This document shows positions 1 through 8,493 of a stretch of 64,000 nt of DNA, one piece after another. The DNA lies in NCBI GenBank assembly GCA_963792585.1, contig CAWBWI010000006.1:128001-192000 (forward strand). Direction: 5' to 3'. The number at the start of each line of letters is the position of its first letter. The first letter of the stretch is position 1. Source of the DNA: Candidatus Eiseniibacteriota bacterium. GTDB lineage: Bacteria; Eisenbacteria; RBG-16-71-46; CAIMUX01; VGJL01. The notes under the pieces are model-generated. The model made no database searches, was not told where the DNA came from, and saw only the letters and a list, made by a program, of their open reading frames with translations. Position numbers and translations under genes: made by a program.

Positions 1-265
1 CACTCCTCCGCTGCGCGGCGCAGGGCCGCTTCGACACGGGCGTCGATCGCATAGTCGAGGGCGCCCCGATCCGTGATCTTGATCGATCCCGCCGCGACGC
101 CCATGGCGCGCGAGCGTCTCCTCGATTCTCTCGCGGATCAGTTGCTCGAACTGCTTCTTCACGGTGGACTCGATCTCGGATCTCGAGCCGATCGGCCGGC
201 TCGACGACGACCATCAGGTCGCTCGATTGCATCGTGCCGGCGCTCGCCTTCCGCTTGATCTTCAT
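1..265 (-). CDS. citD: Citrate lyase acyl carrier protein (gamma subunit), two apparent +1 frameshifts, runs off window edge
   Basis: Manual translation from ATG 265: MKIKRKASAGTMQSSDLMVVVEPADRLEI, shift near 180, EIESTVKKQFEQLIRERIEETLAR, shift near 103, MGVAAGSIKITDRGALDYAIDARVEAALRRA. AGTxxSSD and DxGALD are CitD motifs. ATGA overlap with citC stop. Confidence 0.85.
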   Translation of the reverse strand, partial: MKIKRKASAGTMQSSDLMVVVEPADRLEIRDRVHREEAVRATDPRENRGDARAPWASRRDRSRSRIGAPSTMRSTPVSKRPCAAQRRS

Positions 266-1293
266 CGATGGATCCCTTTGCCCTGCGACTCCTCCGCAAG
301 CTGGGCGGCGATGGTCCGGCCCTCCGAGGAGCGCAGGAAATCATATGTCGACGCGGGGACCTGCCCCGCGATGCTCTCCAGTTTGCCATGGACCATCGCT
401 TCGCGCACACGGGTGGCGCTGATCGCCACGCCGTCGCGGTCCGTCCTCGGAATCTCGACCAGCTCGATCCCGTATTCGGGCATCACCTCGGCCATGGTCT
501 GGTTGTAGGCGGCCGTCGATGCGCAGAACGGCTCCTCTCCCACGAAGCGCGTGCGGATCGAGAAGTACGGGGCGATCCGCGAGGCGAAGAGGCGCAGGTC
601 GATCTGCATCTGCGCGAGCGCGACCGCGTCGAGCTTCTTCAGGAAATAGGACGGGAAGGTCGCCGCGCTGATCGAATAGCGCGAGGTGTCCAGCACGCGG
701 ACGTTCGCGATGTGCTTCGTACCCTGGCGGACCAGGCGCTGGCGCACCGTGAACGGGAATGCGGACTGATCCTCCCGAACGACGAAGAGATAGAGGGTCT
801 CGACCCGGGCGGCGGCGGTCTCCACGAGGTGGAGGTGGCCCAGCGTGAACGGGTTCGCGTTGAGCATGACCGCGCCGTTCGCGCCCGGGCGTCGCAGCGC
901 CGCGTGAGCGTTGAGGTACGCCTGCAGACCGCCCCCGTATTCCAGCAATGCAACGGCGCCGTGGGTGACGAGAAGGTGGAAATTCGTGGCCTCGAAGCTC
1001 TGCGCGTTCTCAGGCCGGGTGTAGACGAAGAAGACGCTGTGACCCGCGGCACGCCCGCAACGCATGAGTTCCGTGACGAGCTCGCCGAAGACCTCACTTC
1101 CGCGGTAGTCGGGATGGATCGCGAACATCTTGAAGACGTACCCCGCACGCGAGGCGGTCGCGATCAATCGATCCCCTTCGTAGATCCCGACGATTTCGTC
1201 CGTGTCGGTCTCGAAGAGCAGGCCGTCGGCCTCGATCAGAGCGCGAGCCTCGGCGACCTCTCGGGGCGAGCCGAGCGGAACTGCGGCGCTCAT
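262..1293 (-). CDS. citC: [citrate (pro-3S)-lyase] ligase
   Basis: N-terminal GNAT-like region, then MLNANPFTLGHLHL, ISAATFPSYF, RFVGEEPFC and ISATRVR motifs; adjacent to citD. Confidence 0.95.
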   Translation of the reverse strand: MSAAVPLGSPREVAEARALIEADGLLFETDTDEIVGIYEGDRLIATASRAGYVFKMFAIHPDYRGSEVFGELVTELMRCGRAAGHSVFFVYTRPENAQSFEATNFHLLVTHGAVALLEYGGGLQAYLNAHAALRRPGANGAVMLNANPFTLGHLHLVETAAARVETLYLFVVREDQSAFPFTVRQRLVRQGTKHIANVRVLDTSRYSISAATFPSYFLKKLDAVALAQMQIDLRLFASRIAPYFSIRTRFVGEEPFCASTAAYNQTMAEVMPEYGIELVEIPRTDRDGVAISATRVREAMVHGKLESIAGQVPASTYDFLRSSEGRTIAAQLAEESQGKGIHR

Positions 1294-1449
1294 CGGGCGA
1301 TCGGCCTGTCGAGAGCCGTGCCTGCAGCGCAGATCGACATTGGGCGCTTCATGGAAACCTCACGGCCCACCCGGGCCGAACGACTGCGGACACCTTCGCC
1401 GGCCAAGCCATCTTGCCGACCCTCCCGCCGTCTTCCCCACACGAGACAA

Positions 1450-1478
1450 ACGCTAGGCTTTGCTGGGGGTTATGTCAA
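1450..1478 (-). promoter_or_regulatory. sigma70-type promoter for cit operon
   Basis: Minus strand TTGACA-17 nt-TAGCGT. Confidence 0.6.
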
Positions 1479-1594
1479 CACGCCGGGGACTGCAGCGGCG
1501 TGCGCACGGGGAGTGCGCGGCCGGCCGCAGACCTGGTGGGATCCGCGGCCGCCTGTCGAAGAGTCAGACGGCCACGGCCAACCTTCTCTTCGGT

Positions 1595-3709
1595 TCAGTC
1601 CAGCAATACGAGCCGACGACGCAGATCTTGCCCGTCGAGTCGGACCCGAACTTCATACGCGCCGGCGGCAATGCGGCGGCCGTGCTCATCGGTACCGTCC
1701 CATGCGAAGTCGTGTCCGCCGGCTGGGTACTCCCCCGCAGCGATGCGTCGGATAAGCCTGCCCCCAATGTCGAAAACCTCCATGCGCACAGCCCCGGGGG
1801 CGCCCATGGCGAAGCGCAACCGCACCGTCCCACTGGATGGGTTCGGATACGCGAGTAGCTGGAGCTGCGACCCACCGCCCGCGACCATCGGATCGACGGC
1901 TGCGGAGAGATACCGAACCGGTCCACCAACCGGGCCGTACTCACCAAGACCGCCCGCGGTGTCGGTCCACCAGATCACGCCGAAATCCTCGCTCGGGAAC
2001 TGCGAGTCGACTTTGAACTGGAAACCGGACAGATAACCCCCCGGAGGGACAGGGGTCGTTGTCGTGGTCCACAGGATGCCTCCGGGCTCGAGGCGGTCCC
2101 CGCATCCCATCGCGTTCTGGTAATCGGCGGGCAGAGGCTCCCAATTCCAGCCGGGAGGTGATTCGACATCCTGATAGGGCACATCGAGGTACATCGCCCA
2201 CTCGTTCACGGGAAGGTCGAAATCGTTAAGGATCCCATACCCATAGGTCACGAGACTGCGTTCGCCACCCATCATCGTGAGGGTGACGTTCTTCGGCGCG
2301 CCTCCCGCGGGGACGGGCCGAATCACATTGATGTGGGTCAGGCATAGGTGGTCGGCATCGTCGATCCCTGCCGCGTTGTCCTCGATTTCATCGTTGTCGA
2401 GCCGGACCTTCCCGTCCTGCCCGACGGTGACGTCGAGTTCGTCGTACGCATCGTCGCGGGTATCCTCCGTGGGCGAATGATGACTGTCACCCCACGGATT
2501 GGAGACGTGGATCTTCTTGTTCCCGTTCTCATCGACAGTGATCCCCGCGACGGTCATGTAGTGGGCCGCGTCATCATCGACCGGGTTCCCATCCTCGTCG
2601 CACCAGGTGACTCGCAACAGAACGTCATGACACTTCTGGAAGTTGGCCAGCAAACTGTCCCAGAGGGCAAGCTGCGAACTCATCCGCTTGTGCTCGAGGG
2701 GGCGTCGTCCGTTGGGCTGTTGTTGCCCCTTCATGACGCCCTTGTCCTTCATGTACTTCGTCACGCCGCCGTCGCCCTTGTCGTTGTCGTGAACTTCCTT
2801 CTTCAGATCCTCCTGGATCTTCTTGTTCTTCTCCTCCTGCGTCCCTTGGGCGGGCGCAAGTTCCGAGTATCCGTTGTTCGCCCAGTAACTCAGGCAGTTC
2901 GCGAATGCCGACGCCTGGCAGATCGCCCCATCGCCCTGCGATATGTCGGGCACGTACTTCCATGTGCTGATCGTTGCGGGCGCCTTGGCTTCCGCTTTCA
3001 CTTTGTCCACCGCTGGCCCGGGGTCTGGGGTCGGCGTTCCGTTCTCGTTCTTCACGCCCACGCGGGCCTGCCCCGCTTGAGCGTCCGCTGCGATGTTGAG
3101 GAGATAGCGGTGCTCATTCGGCCCGCTTGGTATCGGATAGCTCTGATCGATCCACTCCGACCAGACGCCCTGGCGCAGAAATCGAGAGCCGACGACCAGG
3201 GCGAGCTGTTGCATTGGGAAGGTGTTGTTGCAGTTGGTCGCGAAGACGATCTCCCAGGTCGCGCTCGGGCTTCCCATGTCCTGTACGGGAAACGGAGGGC
3301 TTTCCATGATGGAGCGCTGGAAGGGCACGAAACCGTTCTGGTTTGGTTCGTAGAAGACGAGAGCCCAGCCGCCGACGTCGAGGCTCGGCATCTCCAACCA
3401 CCCCTCGAGCGGCTCGATCCGGGGCTGCACGTTCGATTCGGGAGACGGCTGCCAGCCCATGGTCGCCGGGAGTCCCCCGAACGGCGAGAAGACGGTATTC
3501 TCGCAGTTGACCGGTGATCCGCGCTGGTCGGGCGCGAGATCGTCGAAATCCCAGATGCCGGTCATGACGACCGGTTGACCGAAGCCTCCACCCCCGATCG
3601 AATTCACGACGATGGGTACGGGCGGGTCGGCCGAAACAGGCGATATGAAAGTGGCCGGAAGAATCGCGGTCAGGATCACGAAGTCGCGAAGGAGTTTGCC
3701 GGTCTTCAT
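1595..3709 (-). CDS. Secreted papain-fold (C39-like) cysteine peptidase with C-terminal FlgD-Ig/T9SS-A-like tail
   Basis: Signal peptide; PDISQGDGAICQASAFANCLSYW, AHYMTVAG, VSNPWG; tail AYPNPSSG...FDIGGRL...WDGTDEHG...GAYEVRV...RRLVLLD. Confidence 0.75.
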   Translation of the reverse strand: MKTGKLLRDFVILTAILPATFISPVSADPPVPIVVNSIGGGGFGQPVVMTGIWDFDDLAPDQRGSPVNCENTVFSPFGGLPATMGWQPSPESNVQPRIEPLEGWLEMPSLDVGGWALVFYEPNQNGFVPFQRSIMESPPFPVQDMGSPSATWEIVFATNCNNTFPMQQLALVVGSRFLRQGVWSEWIDQSYPIPSGPNEHRYLLNIAADAQAGQARVGVKNENGTPTPDPGPAVDKVKAEAKAPATISTWKYVPDISQGDGAICQASAFANCLSYWANNGYSELAPAQGTQEEKNKKIQEDLKKEVHDNDKGDGGVTKYMKDKGVMKGQQQPNGRRPLEHKRMSSQLALWDSLLANFQKCHDVLLRVTWCDEDGNPVDDDAAHYMTVAGITVDENGNKKIHVSNPWGDSHHSPTEDTRDDAYDELDVTVGQDGKVRLDNDEIEDNAAGIDDADHLCLTHINVIRPVPAGGAPKNVTLTMMGGERSLVTYGYGILNDFDLPVNEWAMYLDVPYQDVESPPGWNWEPLPADYQNAMGCGDRLEPGGILWTTTTTPVPPGGYLSGFQFKVDSQFPSEDFGVIWWTDTAGGLGEYGPVGGPVRYLSAAVDPMVAGGGSQLQLLAYPNPSSGTVRLRFAMGAPGAVRMEVFDIGGRLIRRIAAGEYPAGGHDFAWDGTDEHGRRIAAGAYEVRVRLDGQDLRRRLVLLD

Positions 3710-3848
3710 TCTCGATCTCCACTACGGCCGGGTGATTGCACGGATCTCACAGGAGCGGGGAGGCTCGCGAACTGGGAGGGGAGGGAAGGGAGGGAATCGC
3801 GAATGGAGTTGCCCCTCACGATCGCAGCATCCAGGAATGTGACCGACA

Positions 3849-3877
3849 AGCTTACCAATCTTCCGGGCGGGATACAA
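3849..3877 (-). promoter_or_regulatory. sigma70-type promoter
   Basis: Minus strand TTGTAT-17 nt-TAAGCT with TG at the extended -10 position, upstream of ATG 3709. Confidence 0.45.
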
Positions 3878-3972
3878 GCTGTTCCGTCGATTCGGCTTCC
3901 CGGACTCCCCTTCCGACTTGGCTCCGCTGAAGTGATGTACCCACACCTGCAGGAAGCTTGCACTTCCTCGAG

Positions 3973-4704
3973 CTACTTCAGGATTTCGACCGCCGTTCCG
4001 TCCGGCAGGAACCGAAAGAGCTCGCGGATGTCGGGGTTCGTCATTCCGATGCAACCCAGCGTCCAGTTGTATCCATCGGTCATTGTGCTGGGATCCTGGT
4101 CGCCGGGTTGGAGATCCTTCCTCCGCGTGCGCCCCCGACCTTCGCGCCTGATGTCCTTCGTGACGCCGGGATGTTGCCCGTGGATGAAGATGTCCCCGCC
4201 GAGGCGGGTCCGAAGCGTCGGGCATGCGCCGGCCGCCAGCTCCGCCCGGAGCCGATCCGCTTCGATGGCGGTGATGGCTTTCGTCTCCAGCCCGCGCGCG
4301 ATGTCGGCCTCGTTCGGGTAGTCGATCTGGAGACTGAGGTAGTAGCGGGAACCACGATTGTGATTGCAGATCCTGTACGACCCCTCCGGTGTTCTGGCGT
4401 CTCCCCTGCGGGACTTCGCTCCCAACGGGTGCTTCCCGAGCTGAATCCGATAGGTCTTGATCCGTCGCTCTCCGGAGTAAAGGCGCAGCTCATAGGCGCT
4501 CTTCAGGATGACCAGGCGTACGTCGGCCAAGTGCTGGTTCTCATCGAGCTGGAGGCTGGAATCCCGCACCAGTTCCGCGAGCGGAACTTCCGGACCGTAA
4601 TGGGCGGGGTTGAAGCGGATGGATCGGGACGCGGCACTCCCGGCGGGCGCGACCGCGGCGGAGGAGAGCCCCAGCAGGATTGTGGCAATTGCGGCGAGAC
4701 GCAC
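3973..4704 (-). CDS. L,D-transpeptidase (YkuD family)
   Basis: Signal peptide; GDARTPEGSY, IFIHG and WTLGCIGMTN catalytic motifs. Confidence 0.9.
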   Translation of the reverse strand: MRLAAIATILLGLSSAAVAPAGSAASRSIRFNPAHYGPEVPLAELVRDSSLQLDENQHLADVRLVILKSAYELRLYSGERRIKTYRIQLGKHPLGAKSRRGDARTPEGSYRICNHNRGSRYYLSLQIDYPNEADIARGLETKAITAIEADRLRAELAAGACPTLRTRLGGDIFIHGQHPGVTKDIRREGRGRTRRKDLQPGDQDPSTMTDGYNWTLGCIGMTNPDIRELFRFLPDGTAVEILK

Positions 4705-4841
4705 CGCTAGAAAACCTTCCCGGTTACTTCGGGCGGTTTCTCTCCACGAATTTCACGGTGCATCGGCATGCGGGGGGCATCCCTTCCGGTCTGGGTCGGG
4801 GGTGTCTGTTCGCTCTTTGCACCTGTCGGGAACGCACGATG

Positions 4842-6155
4842 CTATCGCGTTTCCCCGTTACCCAGAAGCACGACCTTGCGGTCGAGCGTCTGGTCCCCCA
4901 CCCGGAGTCGCAAGAGGTACACTCCCCCCGCCAGACGACGGCCGCCGTCGTCCCGACCGTTCCACGAGACGACGTGGTTGCCGGAAGGATGGACGCTTCC
5001 GCCGAGGATCTCGCGGACCATTCGTCCGGCAGGATCGAATGCGTGCAGGGCGACCGGGGCGGCAGACTCCAGATGGAAACGGATCTCTGTGCTTGCGCGG
5101 AACGGGTTCGGAAAGGTCCCGATGCGTCGCGCCGGGGTGGAGTTCGACTCCCCATCCGCGATTCCCGCCGTGGCCAAGCACCCTTCTCCGTACGCGCCCA
5201 TCAAGACCCCGCAGTCGTTGTTCTGCGGAAGGCACGGGGATGCGCCCGCCAGCCGGAGATCGAGTTCTTCCAGACCGCAGATGAGCGGATCGGACGAGAT
5301 GTTCCCGGAGATTCCCGTCTGATCTTCGAGCGTGCCGCCGTAGTTCGCTCCCACGTTGTCAAATGCGTCGGAGCAAGCGACCGTCACGGTGCAGTCGTGG
5401 CCCGGATCCAGCGCGGCGAAGATTCCCACCCCACGGATGTTGTAGGCCACCAGCGAGTTCTCCAGGATCACCTGGCATTCGTTGACGCACCAGATTCCGC
5501 TCCCCTCGTAGGCGCTGTTGCGGACGATGGTGCAACCCGTGATCCGGGTCGAGGCATGGTTCTCGCAGAAGATGGCTCCGCCCCAGAAGAGGCTCTCGTT
5601 GTCGTAGAAGGTGCAGTCACGAATCTTCGGGGCGGCATCGTCGACGTAGATCCCGCCCCCATCGACGCCGGCGCAGTTGGAGAAGACGCAGTCCTCGATG
5701 ATCGACTCCGAGGCATAGGCGAAACATCCGCCCCCGCCGGCCTGAGCTTCGTTCCCGGTGAAGACGCAGGCGCGGATCGTCGGAGAAGATCGATGGAGAG
5801 CGATCCCTCCGCCTCGGGAAGTGGGCCAGTACCCTTCGAGATAAGCCCCGGTGATCGTGAGCCCCTCGATCCCCGCGGCCGCGTCGACGTCGTCGCACCG
5901 AAAGACGCGGCCCAATCGCTCGGCGTCCACCGTCACGCAGGCAGGGTCCCCGGTCCGGCTGCGCAGCCAGACGCCGGACTTCATGGCGATGTCGTGCTCC
6001 CGGTATGTCCCGCACGCAACGCGAACGGTGTCTCCAGCCTGTGCGGCGTCGATGCCGGCCTGGATGGTCGGCTGGTCGGCCGGCACCTCGATCGTCACCG
6101 CCCCCACGGGTCCGGCGAGACCCAAGAACAGAATCGGGATCCATCGGGTTCGCAC
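4842..6155 (-). CDS. Secreted right-handed beta-helix (Pmp-like GGAI/FxxN repeats) protein with FlgD-Ig/T9SS-A-like tail
   Basis: GTG 6155 after AAGGAGG; VPADQPTIQAGIDAA; GGGI/GGAI and FxxN repeats; tail FPNPF...FDPAGR...WNGRDDGG...GGVYLLRL...RKVVLL. Confidence 0.85.
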   Translation of the reverse strand: MRTRWIPILFLGLAGPVGAVTIEVPADQPTIQAGIDAAQAGDTVRVACGTYREHDIAMKSGVWLRSRTGDPACVTVDAERLGRVFRCDDVDAAAGIEGLTITGAYLEGYWPTSRGGGIALHRSSPTIRACVFTGNEAQAGGGGCFAYASESIIEDCVFSNCAGVDGGGIYVDDAAPKIRDCTFYDNESLFWGGAIFCENHASTRITGCTIVRNSAYEGSGIWCVNECQVILENSLVAYNIRGVGIFAALDPGHDCTVTVACSDAFDNVGANYGGTLEDQTGISGNISSDPLICGLEELDLRLAGASPCLPQNNDCGVLMGAYGEGCLATAGIADGESNSTPARRIGTFPNPFRASTEIRFHLESAAPVALHAFDPAGRMVREILGGSVHPSGNHVVSWNGRDDGGRRLAGGVYLLRLRVGDQTLDRKVVLLGNGETR

Positions 6156-6287
6156 GACTGCCCTCCTTGTTCCGCACGCGACATCTTGGGATGTGGTGAC
6201 CGTCTCCGGGGGGCCCGGACCACACTCCGCTCCTCCTCGGAAGAGCGCATATAGTCTAGGTCCCTCAGCCCCGGCAGGCAAGGACCC

Positions 6288-6367
6288 GATGCAGGCTGCG
6301 GATGCAGGCTGTGCGGATACGGGTCTCGACGTAGGCTGTGCGATGCAAGCGTCGATGCAGGCGTGCG
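6288..6367. repeat. Degenerate GATGCAGGC-core repeat array (5 cores)
   Basis: Cores at 6288, 6301, 6328 (GACGTAGGC), 6342 (GATGCAAGC) and 6354. Confidence 0.8.
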
Positions 6368-6389
6368 GGACGCGGATGCGTGGATGGCC

Positions 6390-7322
6390 CTATCTGAGCA
6401 GGGTCACCCGGACCACCGATCGATCCCCGGCCTTCAGGAAGTAGACGCCCGCGGGCAGGGCCGCGCCCGCCTCGTCGCGCCCGTCCCATGTCACGGTTTC
6501 GCCATGGGACGTGCGAAGGTCACGGACGAACCGTCCGCTCGGATCGAAGATCGCTACCTCGAGGTCGTCGGAAACCGGTCCCGCAAAGGTGAGCCTGGCC
6601 GATCCCCGGACGGGATTGGGCGAAACCAGGATCCGGGTCTGCGAGGCCAACGGGTTTTCGACGCCGGCGGGCGTCTGGAAGCTCAGCTGCAGGGAGGCCG
6701 TCGCCTGCCCGCCCTGGGAGCCTCCGGGCAGCGCCAGACAGTCTCCTCCCGCGCCGAACGTGAACTCGTATCGCCCCGCCGGGATATGCACCAGATCATC
6801 CACGCTCGTTTGCGTGTTCGAGTACTGCCTTTGGTAGATGTACCCGCTGTTCGGCACGCGCAGAACGATGTCGATGACACCACTCTCGGCGGCCAGATAC
6901 GTGCCCTGGATAAGGCACTCGAGAGGCGTGTCGGTATCGAACACGAAGGTCCCGTTGCTGGTCCCTATCCCAAAGGCGAAGACGGCGGGGGCATGAAGCC
7001 CCGCGTCCGCCGAAAAGCCCAGGGAAGCCGTGACGCCCGCGGCTGAGATCTCCGAGTTTTGATCCGCAATCACGGAGACGTGGCTTCCGGCCTGCGCGAG
7101 CTTGCAGTGCGCCGTGCGCGCGTATGCGCCCGGATCCTGTGTGGTGGAATCCTCCTCGGACTCGATCAGGTCGCCCTCGGGGTTGAGCTGGATCTTGGCA
7201 ATGGTCACGACCTGGCGGGTCTGAGAGACGGGCGTGACGGTGGAGTACGCCAGGGTCGGGATGATCGCAAAGACGAAGAGCGCGATCGCGACGCTACATA
7301 GGTACCCTGCCGGAGTGCGCAT
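6390..7322 (-). CDS. Secreted protein of unknown function with FlgD-Ig/T9SS-A-like tail
   Basis: ATG 7322 after GGAGG; signal peptide; tail VSPNPV...FDPSGR...WDGRDEAG...AGVYFLK...RVTLLR. Confidence 0.8.
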   Translation of the reverse strand: MRTPAGYLCSVAIALFVFAIIPTLAYSTVTPVSQTRQVVTIAKIQLNPEGDLIESEEDSTTQDPGAYARTAHCKLAQAGSHVSVIADQNSEISAAGVTASLGFSADAGLHAPAVFAFGIGTSNGTFVFDTDTPLECLIQGTYLAAESGVIDIVLRVPNSGYIYQRQYSNTQTSVDDLVHIPAGRYEFTFGAGGDCLALPGGSQGGQATASLQLSFQTPAGVENPLASQTRILVSPNPVRGSARLTFAGPVSDDLEVAIFDPSGRFVRDLRTSHGETVTWDGRDEAGAALPAGVYFLKAGDRSVVRVTLLR

Positions 7323-7409
7323 GAAGTCCTCCAAGTGAAGAGGTCAATCGCGGCAAGACCGACAATTGTCGCACATCCCGGGGCAGGCGTCCACTGCGGG
7401 GGCGGCACA

Positions 7410-7443
7410 GGTCTCGATGCAGGCTGTGCGATGCAGGCGTGCG
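7410..7443. repeat. Second copy of the GATGCAGGC element
   Basis: GGTCTC-GATGCAGGCTGTGC-GATGCAGGCGTGCG, matching 6322-6367 in direct orientation. Confidence 0.75.
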
Positions 7444-7536
7444 ATTTCCCGTGTGCGAATCCGATTCCCGGAACATCGAGCCGCGCCGGACTGGATCCGC
7501 TCGCCCACGTGCTATAGTCGGATCCGGAGTCCAATC

Positions 7537-7827
7537 ATGACGAACCGCTCATCCAGACTTCCCGGGTATCAAACCCAGTCCTCCGACACATCCTACGAGG
7601 CGGAGCAGATTCTCCTCGAAGGCTACCGCAGTATGTCCGTCGCGGAGAAACTCCGGCACATCTCCGCGCTCAATCGCGCAGGCTACGCGCTGGCACTGGC
7701 GGGGATCCGGGCGCGGCACCCCGACGCGAGGGACCGTGAGATCCTCTTGCGACAGGCGGCTCTTCGCCTCGATCGCGAGACGATGGTGAGGCTTTTCGGG
7801 TGGGACCCCGAGACGGAAGGATACTGA
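7537..7827 (+). CDS. Small helical protein, putative antitoxin partner of the downstream nucleotidyltransferase
   Basis: ATG 7537 after GGAG and extended -10 TGCTATAGT (7510-7518); 96 aa, DTSYEAE...RSMSVAEKL...AGIRARHPD; stop 1 nt before next ATG. Confidence 0.7.
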   Translation: MTNRSSRLPGYQTQSSDTSYEAEQILLEGYRSMSVAEKLRHISALNRAGYALALAGIRARHPDARDREILLRQAALRLDRETMVRLFGWDPETEGY

Positions 7828-7828
7828 G

Positions 7829-8425
7829 ATGGTCGCGGAACCCGTCGAAATCCTGCCGCTCGTCACCGCCGCGCTCGATCGACTCGGCATCCCGTGGGTG
7901 GTGGGTGGCTCGATCGCCAGTTCTATTCATGGAGAACCCCGGTTGACAAACGATGCGGATCTTGTCGTGGAGATCAGCTTGGAAGGGGTTCGTAAGCTCA
8001 CGGCATCCCTCGTTGACTCATTCTACGTGAGCAAGGAGGCCGCCGAGGAGGCTGTCCGCAATCACTCGAGCTTCAACGTCATCCACACAGAGTCGCTGGT
8101 GAAGATCGATCTGTTCGTCCTTCGGGACGATCCTCTTGACAGGGAGCAGATGCGCACCCGACAGCGCTATCTGATCGATGAGAAAGGCGGACGGGAGATA
8201 TATGTCAGCAGCCCGGAGATCGCGGTCCTGCGGAAGCTCGACTGGTTCCGGCAGGGTGGCGAGATTTCGGACCGTCAGGTGATGGACGCGGCCGCGATCA
8301 TCAAGGTCCAGGGTGACCGACTCGATATGGACTATCTGGGCGGCTGGGCCGATCGCCTTGGGTTACGGCAACTCCTCGAGCGGGCCGTACGGGCTGCGGG
8401 TCGGCAGAGAACCGATCCACACTGA
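7829..8425 (+). CDS. Pol-beta-type nucleotidyltransferase (DUF6036/AbiEii-like), putative toxin
   Basis: VVGGSIAS..HGEPRLTNDADLVV, KIDLF, LRKL...SDRQVMD motifs. Confidence 0.75.
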   Translation: MVAEPVEILPLVTAALDRLGIPWVVGGSIASSIHGEPRLTNDADLVVEISLEGVRKLTASLVDSFYVSKEAAEEAVRNHSSFNVIHTESLVKIDLFVLRDDPLDREQMRTRQRYLIDEKGGREIYVSSPEIAVLRKLDWFRQGGEISDRQVMDAAAIIKVQGDRLDMDYLGGWADRLGLRQLLERAVRAAGRQRTDPH

Positions 8426-8493
8426 CGGACAGCTGCCTACGGCTCCCCCGCGGGGCGGAGTGGCATCGGCGTGAGGGGAGTTCGGTCTGGCGA

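Noticed and set aside
1385..1430. Glycine riboswitch in the cit leader (GCGGGAG...CGAAGG on the minus strand)
   Set aside because: Only the 5' half resembles the aptamer; the CTCTCAGG element and second aptamer are missing.
1595..1860. FlgD-like tails as evidence of flagellar genes
   Set aside because: The domain is terminal on unrelated secreted proteins and no flagellar genes are present.
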